From positions 10,503 to 74,502 of the forward strand of contig DDBP01000111.1 of the NCBI GenBank assembly GCA_002332795.1: DNA of 64,000 bases. The letters are read 5' to 3'. This stretch comes from Anaerolineales bacterium UBA2029 (GTDB lineage Bacteria; Chloroflexota; Anaerolineae; Aggregatilineales; Aggregatilineaceae). Made by a program: the position numbers and the translations under genes. The notes beneath the pieces are model-generated. The model saw nothing but the letters and a program-made list of their open reading frames with translations, was not told the DNA's origin and searched no databases. Positions within the stretch are counted from its first letter, which is position 1. The number at the start of each line of letters is the position of its first letter. Positions 26,952 through 35,756 of this stretch are shown piece by piece.

Positions 26952-29690
26952 CTATGAGGCTTCCTGCAGGATAGCCCGCAGTACAGCGTTCAGGATACCG
27001 CCGTGACGGTAGTAGTGTACTTCGACGGGGGTATCGAGACGGCAAATCACTGTAAATTGGCGGATGCTGCCGTCGGCGGCAGTAGCTCGCACCAGCAACG
27101 GTTGGCGCGGGGTCAGGCTATCGCTCAGGCCTTCGATATCGTAGACTTCGTGTCCGCTCAGGCCAAGTGAGGCGGCGTTCTCACCCTCTTTGAACTGCAG
27201 CGGGAGCACGCCCATGCCAATCAGGTTGCTGCGGTGAATTCGTTCGAAACTCTCAGCCAGTACCGCCCGCACACCCAGGAGCATCGTCCCCTTGGCGGCC
27301 CAGTCTCGCGAACTGCCTGCCCCATACTCCTTGCCAGCGATGATCAGCAGAGGGGTGTTCTCGGCACGGTAGCGCTCGGCAGCATCGAAGATAGACATGC
27401 GTTCCCCACTGGGCAGATGTATGGTCACGCCGCCTTCCACGCCAGGCACCAGCAGGTTCTTCAAGCGGATGTTGGCGAAGGTGCCGCGGACCATCACCCG
27501 ATCGTTACCGCGCCGCGTGCCATAGGTGTTGAAATCCTTCACCGCGACTCCCTGGGCAATGAGGTAACGCCCGGCGGGGCTGTCGGGCGCGATAGAGCCA
27601 GCGGGAGAAATATGGTCGGTCGTGATCGTGTCGCCGAAGAGCGCCAACACCCGCGCTCCGCGTATGTCGCGGATTGGCTCAGGCTCCGGCGAAAGGTTCG
27701 TGAAGAACGGCGGTTCCTGGATGTACGTGGAGCGGGGATCCCAGGAATACACCGGACTATCAGCGACGGGTATGGCGTTCCAGGTCTCATTGCCGTCGTA
27801 GACATTGCTGTATTGCTCGCGGAACATCTCCGGCTTGAGAGCGGCAGCGATAGTCTGCTGAATTTCCTCCTGACTGGGCCAGATATCGCGCAGGAAGACC
27901 GGCTGTCCGTCTCGATCGGTGCCGATTGGCTCCGACATGAGATCGATGTCCACTGTCCCCGCGATGGCATAGGCTACCACCAGTGGCGGTGAGGCCAGGT
28001 AGTTGGCCCGCACGTGCGGGTTGATGCGTCCTTCGAAATTGCGGTTGCCGCTCAGCACTGCCGCCGCGATCAGATCGTTCTCACTGATGGCTTCAGCGAC
28101 AGCCTGAGACAACGGCCCACTGTTCCCAATGCAGGTAGTGCAGCCGTAACCGACTACGTAGAAGCCCAGTTGTTCCAGGTAGGGCAGCAGGCCCGCCTCT
28201 CGCAGGTAGGCCGTGACCACTTTCGACCCTGGGGCCAGGCTCGTCTTGACATAGGGGGCAACCTGCAAACCGCGCTCGACTGCCTTCTTGGCGAGCAGGC
28301 CCGCTCCAATCATGACCGAGGGGTTGGAGGTATTGGTGCAACTGGTGATCGCAGCGATTACCACCACGCCGTGCCCAACCTCGAACGACTGATGCCCGTT
28401 GCGCGCAAGCTTGATCTCAGCGCGGCGAGTCAGCGCATCAGGCGGCAGGGCAAAGCCGCGCTCGGACACCGGCGCGCTGAGCGCCTGCCGGAATTTCGCC
28501 CGCATCTCGGTCAGCGGCACCCGATCGTGCGGGCGTTTAGGGCCAGCCAGGCTGGGTTCGACAGTGCTCAGATCGAGTTCGAGCGTGTCCGTGAAGAGCG
28601 GATCGGGGGTGTCGTCGGTGCGGAACAAGCCCTGTGCACGGGTGTACTGCTCGACGAGCTGTACCACCTGCGGCGGACGGCCCGTATAGGCAAGATAGCG
28701 GATGGTTTCCGCATCTACCGGGAAGAAACCCATCGTGGCTCCATATTCTGGAGCCATGTTGGCCAGCGTCGCCCGGTCAGGCAGGCTCAGGCTGCTGAGG
28801 CCGCTGCCGTAGAACTCAACGAACTTGCCCACGACGCCCTTCTTGCGCAGCATCTGTGTCACCACCAGCACCAGGTCGGTGGCGGTCGCGCCTTCTGGCA
28901 GTTGCCCGATCAGCTTGAAGCCGATCACTTCGGGCAGCAGCATGTAGATCGGCTGGCCCAGCATCACGGCTTCGGCCTCGATGCCCCCTACTCCCCACCC
29001 TACTACTCCCAGGGCGTTGATCATGGTGGTATGCGAATCGGTGCCAACCAGACTGTCGGGGAACGCCACGGTGATCCCGTCTTGTTCCTGGGTCAACACT
29101 CCACGCGCGAGATATTCGAGGTTGACCTGATGCACGATGCCGGTCGCGGGGGGCACGGCGCGAAAATTGCGGAAAGCTTTCTGTCCCCAGCGGATGAATT
29201 CGTAGCGCTCGCGGTTGCGTTCGAACTCCATTTCTGCGTTGATCCGCAGAGCGTCCGGCGTCCCAAACACGTCAACCTGGACGGAGTGGTCAATGACCAG
29301 GTCAACAGGGATGGCCGGGTTAATGCGGCTCGGATCGCCCCCCATGCGCTGCAAAGCCGAGCGCAACGCGGCCAGGTCCACCAGAGACGGAACCCCTGTG
29401 AAGTCCTGCAGAATCACGCGGGCGGGCTTGAATGGAATTTCGTGATCCTCGGTCATAGACGGTGACCAACGCGCGATCTTGATCACGTCGTCGTCGGTGA
29501 CCTCGAAGCCGTTGTTGTTGCGCAGCGCCGCTTCGAGCAAGACCTTGATCGAGAAGGGCAGCCGATCAATGTCACCGATGCCCTGCTCGGACAGCGCGGA
29601 CAGTCGGTAATAGGTCACCCGTCCAGCGGCGGTTTCGAGTATTGCGCGCGCGTTGAAAGAATCGCGCAGAGGTCTGGTCGAGCTTGTCAT
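26952..29690 (-). CDS. acnA: aconitate hydratase A
   Basis: 912 aa. Motifs: [60 protein letters not shown], and [16 protein letters not shown]. Confidence 0.97.
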   Translation of the reverse strand: MTSSTRPLRDSFNARAILETAAGRVTYYRLSALSEQGIGDIDRLPFSIKVLLEAALRNNNGFEVTDDDVIKIARWSPSMTEDHEIPFKPARVILQDFTGVPSLVDLAALRSALQRMGGDPSRINPAIPVDLVIDHSVQVDVFGTPDALRINAEMEFERNRERYEFIRWGQKAFRNFRAVPPATGIVHQVNLEYLARGVLTQEQDGITVAFPDSLVGTDSHTTMINALGVVGWGVGGIEAEAVMLGQPIYMLLPEVIGFKLIGQLPEGATATDLVLVVTQMLRKKGVVGKFVEFYGSGLSSLSLPDRATLANMAPEYGATMGFFPVDAETIRYLAYTGRPPQVVQLVEQYTRAQGLFRTDDTPDPLFTDTLELDLSTVEPSLAGPKRPHDRVPLTEMRAKFRQALSAPVSERGFALPPDALTRRAEIKLARNGHQSFEVGHGVVVIAAITSCTNTSNPSVMIGAGLLAKKAVERGLQVAPYVKTSLAPGSKVVTAYLREAGLLPYLEQLGFYVVGYGCTTCIGNSGPLSQAVAEAISENDLIAAAVLSGNRNFEGRINPHVRANYLASPPLVVAYAIAGTVDIDLMSEPIGTDRDGQPVFLRDIWPSQEEIQQTIAAALKPEMFREQYSNVYDGNETWNAIPVADSPVYSWDPRSTYIQEPPFFTNLSPEPEPIRDIRGARVLALFGDTITTDHISPAGSIAPDSPAGRYLIAQGVAVKDFNTYGTRRGNDRVMVRGTFANIRLKNLLVPGVEGGVTIHLPSGERMSIFDAAERYRAENTPLLIIAGKEYGAGSSRDWAAKGTMLLGVRAVLAESFERIHRSNLIGMGVLPLQFKEGENAASLGLSGHEVYDIEGLSDSLTPRQPLLVRATAADGSIRQFTVICRLDTPVEVHYYRHGGILNAVLRAILQEAS

Positions 29691-29762
29691 GAACGTTCCT
29701 TCCTTGTGCTGCGGATTGTCAGTCCCGAAAACTGTGGTGGAGGCGCGCTATTTCTCTGCAAG

Positions 29763-29792
29763 ATTATAGCGTGAGCCAGGGGGCGTTCGTAA
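29763..29792 (-). promoter_or_regulatory. promoter of acnA (TTACGA-18-TATAAT)
   Basis: The minus strand reads ggTTACGAacgccccctggctcacgcTATAATctt, about 70 nt upstream of the acnA ATG. Confidence 0.4.
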
Positions 29793-29886
29793 CCCATCGA
29801 GCGCAGACCGGGCCAAAATATCGCAGGGAAAAGACGGGGATTTGTACACCCGGCACAATCGCGGGGGTTTTCCCCGCGTGTCTAGC

Positions 29887-29915
29887 TTGTCAGAAGCCCT
29901 GGGCTGCCTTATAAT
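29887..29915 (+). promoter_or_regulatory. near-consensus promoter (TTGTCA-17-TATAAT) for the 29976..32023 gene pair
   Basis: The sequence is agcTTGTCAgaagccctgggctgccTTATAATacg, about 60 nt upstream of the TTG start at 29976. Confidence 0.55.
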
Positions 29916-29975
29916 ACGTCTCCAGTTTTCATGAAACTATCCCGCCCGACCTAGTATGCGCTCACGGGGATCGCA

Positions 29976-31553
29976 TTGCTTCGACATCAGACCGCCTCTG
30001 AACACTACTGGACCGATCACTTCGAGGTAACAGACGAAGATATTGAGTTCCTGTTCAACGTCTTCCTCGAAGATGAGAAGCCTCTCTCCAGCCAGGAACT
30101 GGCCCGACGCCTGGTAGCATTCCGGATCGAAAAAGAAGCGCAATTGCTGCGGCGGCAGTTTCAGCGCGGTGAGGTTTTCCAGCCCCGGCACGAATATCAG
30201 GTCGGGCAGACGCTGGTCTTTCCGGCGCTCGATTACGCTGTGGGCCGCGTGGTAGGCGTCCGTCCGGGAAACAATCCGGAGCACGGCGAGTTTAAGGTGA
30301 TTCAGGTCGAGTTCGAGGATGGGGAAGCACGCGAATTTGCCAGTGCGCTGCAGACGCCTCATCAGCTGAACATTGACTTCAGCGTTGACACTCAGCTTCC
30401 TACCGCAACACAGGCTGATATTGACGCCATCATGCGGGATTACGGGGACGACATCATCTACTTGCTGGAGGAGCGGCTGCGCAAAGAAGAGGATGTCGTC
30501 TATTTCGCCGGACGGTGGTTTCTCAAGTCCCTGCTGGTGGAGGTGACCATCGCCCATCTGCACCTGGCTGAGGCGGTGCTGGTCATGCACAACGGTGGCC
30601 CGCTTGAAACAGAGCGTATCATCAAGGAAGTGGGGCTGCCTGGCCAGGCGAACCGGCGTCTGCAAATCTTCTCGCTTGAATATGCGATGTTCCACGACCC
30701 GCGGTTCGACGAAGTGGGGCCGGCGGGGCGCGTGTTGTGGTATCTGCGCGATCTGGAGCCGCCAGAAGTGGTCAAGGTGCCAGAGCGCCTGCGATACAAG
30801 CCGATTGAGTACGACTGGCGGTTGCTGACAGAAGAACTCGCGCAGCTCGAATACGAAATTGACGACGAGCTATCCAACCTGCGCTCTCCGGCGTCTCCAG
30901 CGGACTCGGTAACCTTCAGCCTGAACTTCCCTCACCGCAGGACGGGGACGTTGCCGCTGAATTCGCATCTGCGGCACCTGTTCCCTACGGCGTATGAGGC
31001 GCAGCGCATCTTGATGACGCTGATCGACGGTCAGACGGGCGAGGAAATGCCGGGCTGGGTCGTGCGCGAGCATCGCTACGTCTACGGGCTGGCCGATTTC
31101 TATCGTCGGCATCGCCTGCCCGTAGGAGCTTATATCATTGTCCGGCGCACCGATGATCCTTCGCGGGTAGTCGTTGATTTTCATGCGCACCGTCCCCGGA
31201 CTGAGTGGATTCGTCTGGCGGTGCCGGGTCCCAATAACCGACTGCTGTTCGAAAGCCAGAAGCGTGCGATCGGGGCCGAATATGATGAGCTGATGGTGCT
31301 CGGTGCTGACGATCTCAAAGGTATTGATGCGCTGTGGATTTCGACTGATAAGCCGCAACGGAGCCTGGCCGATATCATGCGCGAGTTGATGGCCGAGCTG
31401 GCGAAGCTCACGCCGCAGCGCACCGTACACGCCAAGACGCTCTACAGTGCGGTGAACGTCATCCGCCGGTGTCCACCGGGGCCAATCTTCGCCACGCTGG
31501 TATCTAACCCAGAGTTTGAGCATGTAGGCGGGCCATACTGGCGGTTGGCCTGA
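29976..31553 (+). CDS. conserved-looking hypothetical protein, 525 aa, no recognisable catalytic motif
   Basis: Long ORF with balanced, protein-like composition and a TTG start; there is no in-frame ATG nearby. It contains two short segments that look like small beta-barrels: EVFQPRHEYQVGQTLVFPALDYAVGRVVGV and LPVGAYIIVRRTDDPSRVVVDF. The opposite-strand ORFs are Arg/His-rich mirrors. Confidence 0.7.
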   Translation: MLRHQTASEHYWTDHFEVTDEDIEFLFNVFLEDEKPLSSQELARRLVAFRIEKEAQLLRRQFQRGEVFQPRHEYQVGQTLVFPALDYAVGRVVGVRPGNNPEHGEFKVIQVEFEDGEAREFASALQTPHQLNIDFSVDTQLPTATQADIDAIMRDYGDDIIYLLEERLRKEEDVVYFAGRWFLKSLLVEVTIAHLHLAEAVLVMHNGGPLETERIIKEVGLPGQANRRLQIFSLEYAMFHDPRFDEVGPAGRVLWYLRDLEPPEVVKVPERLRYKPIEYDWRLLTEELAQLEYEIDDELSNLRSPASPADSVTFSLNFPHRRTGTLPLNSHLRHLFPTAYEAQRILMTLIDGQTGEEMPGWVVREHRYVYGLADFYRRHRLPVGAYIIVRRTDDPSRVVVDFHAHRPRTEWIRLAVPGPNNRLLFESQKRAIGAEYDELMVLGADDLKGIDALWISTDKPQRSLADIMRELMAELAKLTPQRTVHAKTLYSAVNVIRRCPPGPIFATLVSNPEFEHVGGPYWRLA

Positions 31554-31579
31554 CGGCACAACGCAGATCAGGGGAAACA

Positions 31580-32023
31580 GTGAATTCTTCGACCGGGATT
31601 GCCAGCAAACGCATACGACCTACGCTCGACACCAAATTCCACATTGACTACAGTTGGTGGGAGCGTGAGGGGCGCGATCTGCGAGTCTATCTGCTGAGTC
31701 ATCTGCCACCGGAACAACGCGATTTCTTCTCTGAACATCGCGACACCGAAGAGGTGGACTGGATCGATCCGGTCACTGCGGAAGTCAAGAAGGTAGATGC
31801 GTTGCAGCGGGCGCTGCGCGAAGCGAGCAAGCAGCCCGATTTCATCACCCCTCACCTGTCGCTGGTAGATGCTGTCTTTCGCGTCTTTCTGGCCAACGGC
31901 AACACCCCCCTTACCCCTGTGGAGCTGAGCGAGTTGATCGGTCGCCCACCCATGACCATCTTGAGAACGCTCAGCGGTGGAACCGTGTACAAGGGGATTC
32001 GCCCCTGCCTCGATGAAGAATAA
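31580..32023 (+). CDS. hypothetical protein, 147 aa, probably co-transcribed with the 525-aa gene
   Basis: GTG start 26 nt after the upstream stop. Sequence: KFHIDYSWWEREGRDLRVYLLSHLPPEQRDFF...LTPVELSELIGRPPMTILRTLSGGTVYKGIRP. The C-terminus could be a winged helix, but that is a guess. Confidence 0.55.
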   Translation: MNSSTGIASKRIRPTLDTKFHIDYSWWEREGRDLRVYLLSHLPPEQRDFFSEHRDTEEVDWIDPVTAEVKKVDALQRALREASKQPDFITPHLSLVDAVFRVFLANGNTPLTPVELSELIGRPPMTILRTLSGGTVYKGIRPCLDEE

Positions 32024-32041
32024 GCCGGTTGCTGATCGCGC

Positions 32042-32070
32042 TTGACACGGTCAGATGTGGGCCGTACAAT
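32042..32070 (+). promoter_or_regulatory. consensus promoter for tRNA-Arg (TTGACA-17-TACAAT)
   Basis: The sequence is cTTGACAcggtcagatgtgggccgTACAATgacggagcgat, then the tRNA 5' end at 32082. Confidence 0.65.
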
Positions 32071-32081
32071 GACGGAGCGAT

Positions 32082-32154
32082 GCCCCTGTAGCTCAGTGGA
32101 TAGAGCAGCTGCCTTCTAAGCAGACGGTCGGGGGTTCGATCCCCTCCAGGGGCG
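32082..32154 (+). tRNA. tRNA-Arg (anticodon TCT)
   Basis: Acceptor GCCCCTG/CAGGGGC, D arm GCTC-AGTGGATA-GAGC, anticodon stem GCTGC/GCAGA with loop CT-TCT-AA, variable CGGTC, T arm GGGGG-TTCGATC-CCCTC, discriminator G. Total 73 nt. Confidence 0.93.
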
Positions 32155-32163
32155 TGCAAAACA

Positions 32164-32191
32164 AAGCGGCAGGCGAGACGACCTGCCGCTT
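32164..32191. terminator. hairpin between convergent tRNA-Arg and the BTAD regulator gene; likely bidirectional terminator
   Basis: The sequence is AAGCGGCAGG-cgagacga-CCTGCCGCTT (10-bp stem), flanked by A-rich sequence on the left and TCCCATATGTTT on the right. Confidence 0.6.
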
Positions 32192-32220
32192 CCCATATGT
32201 TTCCCGGTCGGGGGGCACGC

Positions 32221-33492
32221 TCAGGACATGATGGATTGGTAAAGCGCCTTGGTCTCCGGCTCTGGCTCTTTACCCTCTTGCTTCAGTTGATCGGCCAGTT
32301 TGCGGTAGTGCGCGGCAGCCTCACTGCGACGCCCCAGATCGGCGTAGAGCTGCATGATCTGCCGATGAATGGGTTCGTAACGGTCGTTCTCGTTCACCGC
32401 CCGCAACAGCAGACCCAAAGCGTGTTCCTGACGCCCCTCGGCCAGGCGAATGCGTGCCATCTCACTCAGCGCTTCCAGGTAGCCTTTCTGATAGTCCGCA
32501 CGGCGATCCAGTATCCACTGGTCAACATGCCCCTGTAAGAAAGGCCCCTTGTAGAGATCAATCGCCTGCTGCCAGGCGCTGGCCTTGTCCTCAGTTTCTG
32601 GGGCGCGCCCGCGTACCAGTGCACCGACAAACTCGGCGATATCATACTCGACGGACACTTCGGGATTGATGCGGTAATAACCTCCCTCGTGCACCAGCAC
32701 GTCGAAGTTGAGCGCTTTGTGCAGGCGGCGCTTGGTCACATGAAAGACGTTGACCGCCTGGTCGCTGGCCAGATCGGGCCAGAAAGCCTGGCAGATCTCC
32801 GATCGGGTCACCACTGGCTTATCCAGCGCAAAGAAGAACAGCAGGCGAGGCAGGTGCCCTTCCCAGGTATTGATCACCTCACCGTTGTGAATGACCAACC
32901 CCGGTCCCAGGGCGTTCACCTGCAGATGAATCACGCCATCGGTGCGCATGTCGTAGAAGTTGCTGGTCACCAGTTGGTTGTCGCGCAGAATGACAGCTTT
33001 CTTCTGGGCGATCAAGGAGATCCAGGGTAGCCGGGGGAGCGTCCGGCTGTTGATCACGATCTGGCAACGGGAGGGGACACGCAGAATCGTCTGCTCAATA
33101 AACCACTGAATGTCGTCTGCGCCATCGGTGCGGTCGTATTCATCCAGGATCAGCATGAACGGTTCGCTGGAGAGATCAGCCAGATCGGCCACGAAGGCGT
33201 CCAGCAAGTCCACCAGTTTCTGCTCTGGATCGAACTGGATCAGATTGACATGACGGCCAAAGGTGGGATGCTGATTGGCGAGATCGTGAGTGATGCCGGA
33301 CAGGAACGAGCGCACGTCTACATCATCCGGCCCCATCGCGTAGTAGAATACGCGCTGCTCTGCCGAATTCATGAGCTGGGCAACAACCATCGACCGGTAG
33401 CGACTGGCCGGGTGCAGCAAGATCACTTGTGCCCCTGCACCGCGCATGCGCACCGCCTCAAGGACTCTTGACACCATCTGATTCAGTTCCAT
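32221..33492 (-). CDS. transcriptional regulator: degenerate NTPase-like N-domain, winged-helix, and BTAD (SARP-type bacterial transcriptional activator domain)
   Basis: The C-terminus IAEFVGALVRGRA...AWQQAIDLYKGPFLQGHVDQWILDRRADYQKGYLEALSEMARIRLAEGRQEHALGLLLRAVNENDRYEPIHRQIMQLYADLGRRSEAAAHYRKL is a clear BTAD. The preceding LPRLLFFFALDKPVVTRSEICQAFWPD...VFHVTKRRLHKAL is wHTH-like. The N-domain has a Walker-B-like FMLILDEYD but no GxxxxGK[ST]. The track start is GTG 33549. The ATG at 33492 has AGAGAGG upstream. Confidence 0.8.
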   Translation of the reverse strand: MELNQMVSRVLEAVRMRGAGAQVILLHPASRYRSMVVAQLMNSAEQRVFYYAMGPDDVDVRSFLSGITHDLANQHPTFGRHVNLIQFDPEQKLVDLLDAFVADLADLSSEPFMLILDEYDRTDGADDIQWFIEQTILRVPSRCQIVINSRTLPRLPWISLIAQKKAVILRDNQLVTSNFYDMRTDGVIHLQVNALGPGLVIHNGEVINTWEGHLPRLLFFFALDKPVVTRSEICQAFWPDLASDQAVNVFHVTKRRLHKALNFDVLVHEGGYYRINPEVSVEYDIAEFVGALVRGRAPETEDKASAWQQAIDLYKGPFLQGHVDQWILDRRADYQKGYLEALSEMARIRLAEGRQEHALGLLLRAVNENDRYEPIHRQIMQLYADLGRRSEAAAHYRKLADQLKQEGKEPEPETKALYQSIMS

Positions 33493-33530
33493 GGCTGGCC
33501 TCTCTTGTCTGTAAGCAATTGCCAGAGTAT

Positions 33531-33559
33531 AGTATAGAAGACGTTGCACGATAAGGCAA
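33531..33559 (-). promoter_or_regulatory. promoter of the BTAD regulator gene (TTGCCT-17-TATACT)
   Basis: The minus strand reads ccTTGCCTtatcgtgcaacgtcttcTATACTatactctgg. Confidence 0.4.
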
Positions 33560-33709
33560 GGGCTAAGGATTGTGTTCTTTGGCCTTACGCGTCAGATCGA
33601 AATTATTAGTGTCGCTCATCAAGAAATTGGCCTTATGACAATAACGATCATTACTTATCAGCAAATTATGTGCCTACAACAGGAACAGGGAGGGGCCTGG
33701 AACAGCACA

Positions 33710-33740
33710 TTGGACACCCTTTTGCTCCCCATGATACAAT
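33710..33740 (+). promoter_or_regulatory. extended -10 promoter (TTGGAC ... TGaTACAAT) for the 33841..37268 operon
   Basis: The sequence is caTTGGACacccttttgctccccaTGaTACAATacg. It leaves a leader of about 95 nt before the ATG at 33841. Confidence 0.4.
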
Positions 33741-33840
33741 ACGCGCACCATCACGGGAAGGGTCGGGGAAACCGGCGGGCCGCTGTGATTGGTCTGTGTT
33801 GCACATCTGTGCCTGAGACCAGAGTGAAAGAGAGCGCGCC

Positions 33841-34275
33841 ATGTACAAAGCGGTGAGAAATTCGATCGTGCTGGGCGCTGGGCTGGCAGCCAGCGCGGTT
33901 GTGGGATGGCTTCTGCTCAAAGAAAGCAAGCGCGGCAAACTTGCTGCGCGTTTCCTGGTTCGTTCGCGGGTCCACGAAGCCGGGCCTGAGCCATTACCGG
34001 AAATCAGGCTGCCGTTGGATACCCTGGAGACAGAGCCTGCGCCCGCCGCTGAAGCTGTCATGCCCGGTGACGATTTCACGCTGATCAAGGACATTGGCCC
34101 GCGTTTCGCACAGGCGCTGCGCGATGCGGGCATCGTCAGTTTTGCGCAGCTTGCCGCCATGACGCCGGAGACTTTGGCCGAGCGCCTGGCTCCATTTGTC
34201 GCGGTGCGGCCTCAGCGCATTCGCAACAACGACTGGATCGGTCAGGCCAAACAACTGGCGAATTCCAGCAAATAA
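33841..34275 (+). CDS. small membrane-anchored protein with a C-terminal helix-hairpin-helix-type domain
   Basis: N-terminal TM SIVLGAGLAASAVVGWLLL. The C-terminal DDFTLIKDIGPRFAQALRDAGIVSFAQLAAMTPETLAERL...RIRNNDWIGQAKQLA matches the widespread HhH module seen, for example, as a C-terminal extension on some NuoE proteins. Confidence 0.7.
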   Translation: MYKAVRNSIVLGAGLAASAVVGWLLLKESKRGKLAARFLVRSRVHEAGPEPLPEIRLPLDTLETEPAPAAEAVMPGDDFTLIKDIGPRFAQALRDAGIVSFAQLAAMTPETLAERLAPFVAVRPQRIRNNDWIGQAKQLANSSK

Positions 34276-34278
34276 AAC

Positions 34279-34608
34279 ATGGACACCCTTCTTCCCAACG
34301 ACATCACGCTCGACCAGAAGTCCGATCTGCTGATCATTCAATGGAACGATGGGCGTGTCTGTCGTTATCCACTTGGCCCGCTGCGTCTTGCCTGTCCCTG
34401 TGCCGAGTGTCGGGGAGGGCACGCCAACATGGGGAGGCAGTCCGACCCGGAGAACCTGCTCCACCTGATCCCCACCCGCCATTATGCTGTTGAGAATCTG
34501 GAGATCGTGGGCAACTATGCTCTGCAATTCTACTGGAACGATGGTCACCATGCCGGTATTTACACCTGGGAGTATCTGTACCGCTTGTGCCCGCCAGAGG
34601 AGGATTGA
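34279..34608 (+). CDS. DUF971 family protein (gamma-butyrobetaine hydroxylase-like N-terminal domain)
   Basis: Motifs: LLIQWNDGRVCRYPLGPLRLACPCAECRGG...VENLEIVGNYALQFYWNDGHHAGIYTWEYL. Characteristic DUF971 pattern. Confidence 0.8.
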   Translation: MDTLLPNDITLDQKSDLLIIQWNDGRVCRYPLGPLRLACPCAECRGGHANMGRQSDPENLLHLIPTRHYAVENLEIVGNYALQFYWNDGHHAGIYTWEYLYRLCPPEED

Positions 34609-35147
34609 TGACTGATCCGTTGGATGATTCCCTTGGGGCGCTGTCTGCTGAGTTTCAACTCCTGCGCTTCGAGGCGATTGAGACTCTTGAGTATTGCCTG
34701 ACCAAAGGCGATGGCACTGCCTTCCTGGAATTTCTGGAATCGCAGGTGCTCAGTTCTCCGCCTCGGCTGGAACTGTTGCGTAATATCGCCGACGAACTGC
34801 ATCTGCGCTTGTTGCGGTTGCGCGAACAACAGCTTGACATGGGCGAACAGATTTCCGCGGCGTTGCTGGAGCATTCTTCAGATGTCCCGCCGCAGAATCT
34901 TTCCCCCTACCCCGAAAGGGGGGAGCCGCTTGTGTCCTTCTCAACAGAGGAGTTTCCTCCGCTCAGCAAAGCCATTCGCTCCTTGTTGGATGTAGCGCAT
35001 CAACTGGCGGCGGATATTCAGATAGCTGAAGATCTCTACCAGACTGTCATGGATTGGTGGATTGCATTGAGCATCTCCGCTTCACGCGATCTGATTGGCA
35101 TTCGCACCCTGGCGGGAATCTCAGGTGACACTGCCCGTGTGCATTGA
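34608..35147 (+). CDS. hypothetical protein (about 179 aa, helical, acidic)
   Basis: Its ATG shares one base with the DUF971 stop (TGATG). I recognise no motif. The track start is 34587. Confidence 0.55.
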   Translation: MTDPLDDSLGALSAEFQLLRFEAIETLEYCLTKGDGTAFLEFLESQVLSSPPRLELLRNIADELHLRLLRLREQQLDMGEQISAALLEHSSDVPPQNLSPYPERGEPLVSFSTEEFPPLSKAIRSLLDVAHQLAADIQIAEDLYQTVMDWWIALSISASRDLIGIRTLAGISGDTARVH

Positions 35148-35192
35148 AATGTGACTTCGTTTTCAGGCGGTTCAGGCAAAGGGTCAACGGTG

Positions 35193-35756
35193 ATGTCCAA
35201 ACCCTACGAACGATATCTGCAGGAAATCTTGATTGATAGTGACAGGGTTCAGGCGCGCGTAGCCGAGCTGGGCCGTCAGATCAGCGCGGACTATGCCAAT
35301 GTGCGTCCTGTGCTGCTGATCTGCGTGCTGAAGGGCGGCGTCATGTTTCTGACAGACCTGATGCGCCATCTCGACTTTCCGCACAGTGTGGATTTCATGG
35401 CAATCGCCAGCTACGGGAGTGGCGTGCGCGAGACTTCAGGGCGCGTGCGCATAGACATGGACCTGAAGCAAGACATCGCCGGAAAGCATGTAATCATTGT
35501 CGAGGATATTGTAGATAGCGGGCACACGCTGCAATATATCCTCAATATCCTGGCAACTCGCGACCCCGCCAGTGTCAAGATATGCACCCTGCTGAGCAAG
35601 CCCAGCCGTCGCCAGGTGCACATTGATCTGGACTACGTGGGATTCGAGATTCCGGATAAGTTCGTCTTCGGTTACGGACTCGACCTGGACGAGTATTATC
35701 GCAATTTGCCCTTCATCGGCGTGTGCAGACCAGACGTGCAGGTGGAGGAGGCGTGA
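35193..35756 (+). CDS. hpt: hypoxanthine phosphoribosyltransferase
   Basis: Motifs: VLLICVLKGGVMFLTDLMRHL, DFMAIASYG, and the PRPP loop HVIIVEDIVDSGHTLQY, then FVFGYGLDLDEYYRNLP. The track start is GTG 35151; the ATG at 35193 is preferred. Confidence 0.93.
   Translation: MSKPYERYLQEILIDSDRVQARVAELGRQISADYANVRPVLLICVLKGGVMFLTDLMRHLDFPHSVDFMAIASYGSGVRETSGRVRIDMDLKQDIAGKHVIIVEDIVDSGHTLQYILNILATRDPASVKICTLLSKPSRRQVHIDLDYVGFEIPDKFVFGYGLDLDEYYRNLPFIGVCRPDVQVEEA

Noticed and set aside
33579-33635. Direct repeat TTGGCCTTA (33579-33587 and 33627-33635) as a definite operator pair.
   Set aside because: There are only two 9-nt copies in a region of about 350 bp, and my rough estimate of a chance match is of order 0.1-0.2. 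It is kept only as a hint inside the BTAD finding.
33741-33840. The GC-rich leader upstream of the HhH-protein gene as a riboswitch.
   Set aside because: I could not match it by eye to conserved cores of the classes I know (TPP, SAM, FMN, cobalamin, c-di-GMP, ZTP, guanidine, preQ1, purine). An Infernal/Rfam scan is needed before any claim.
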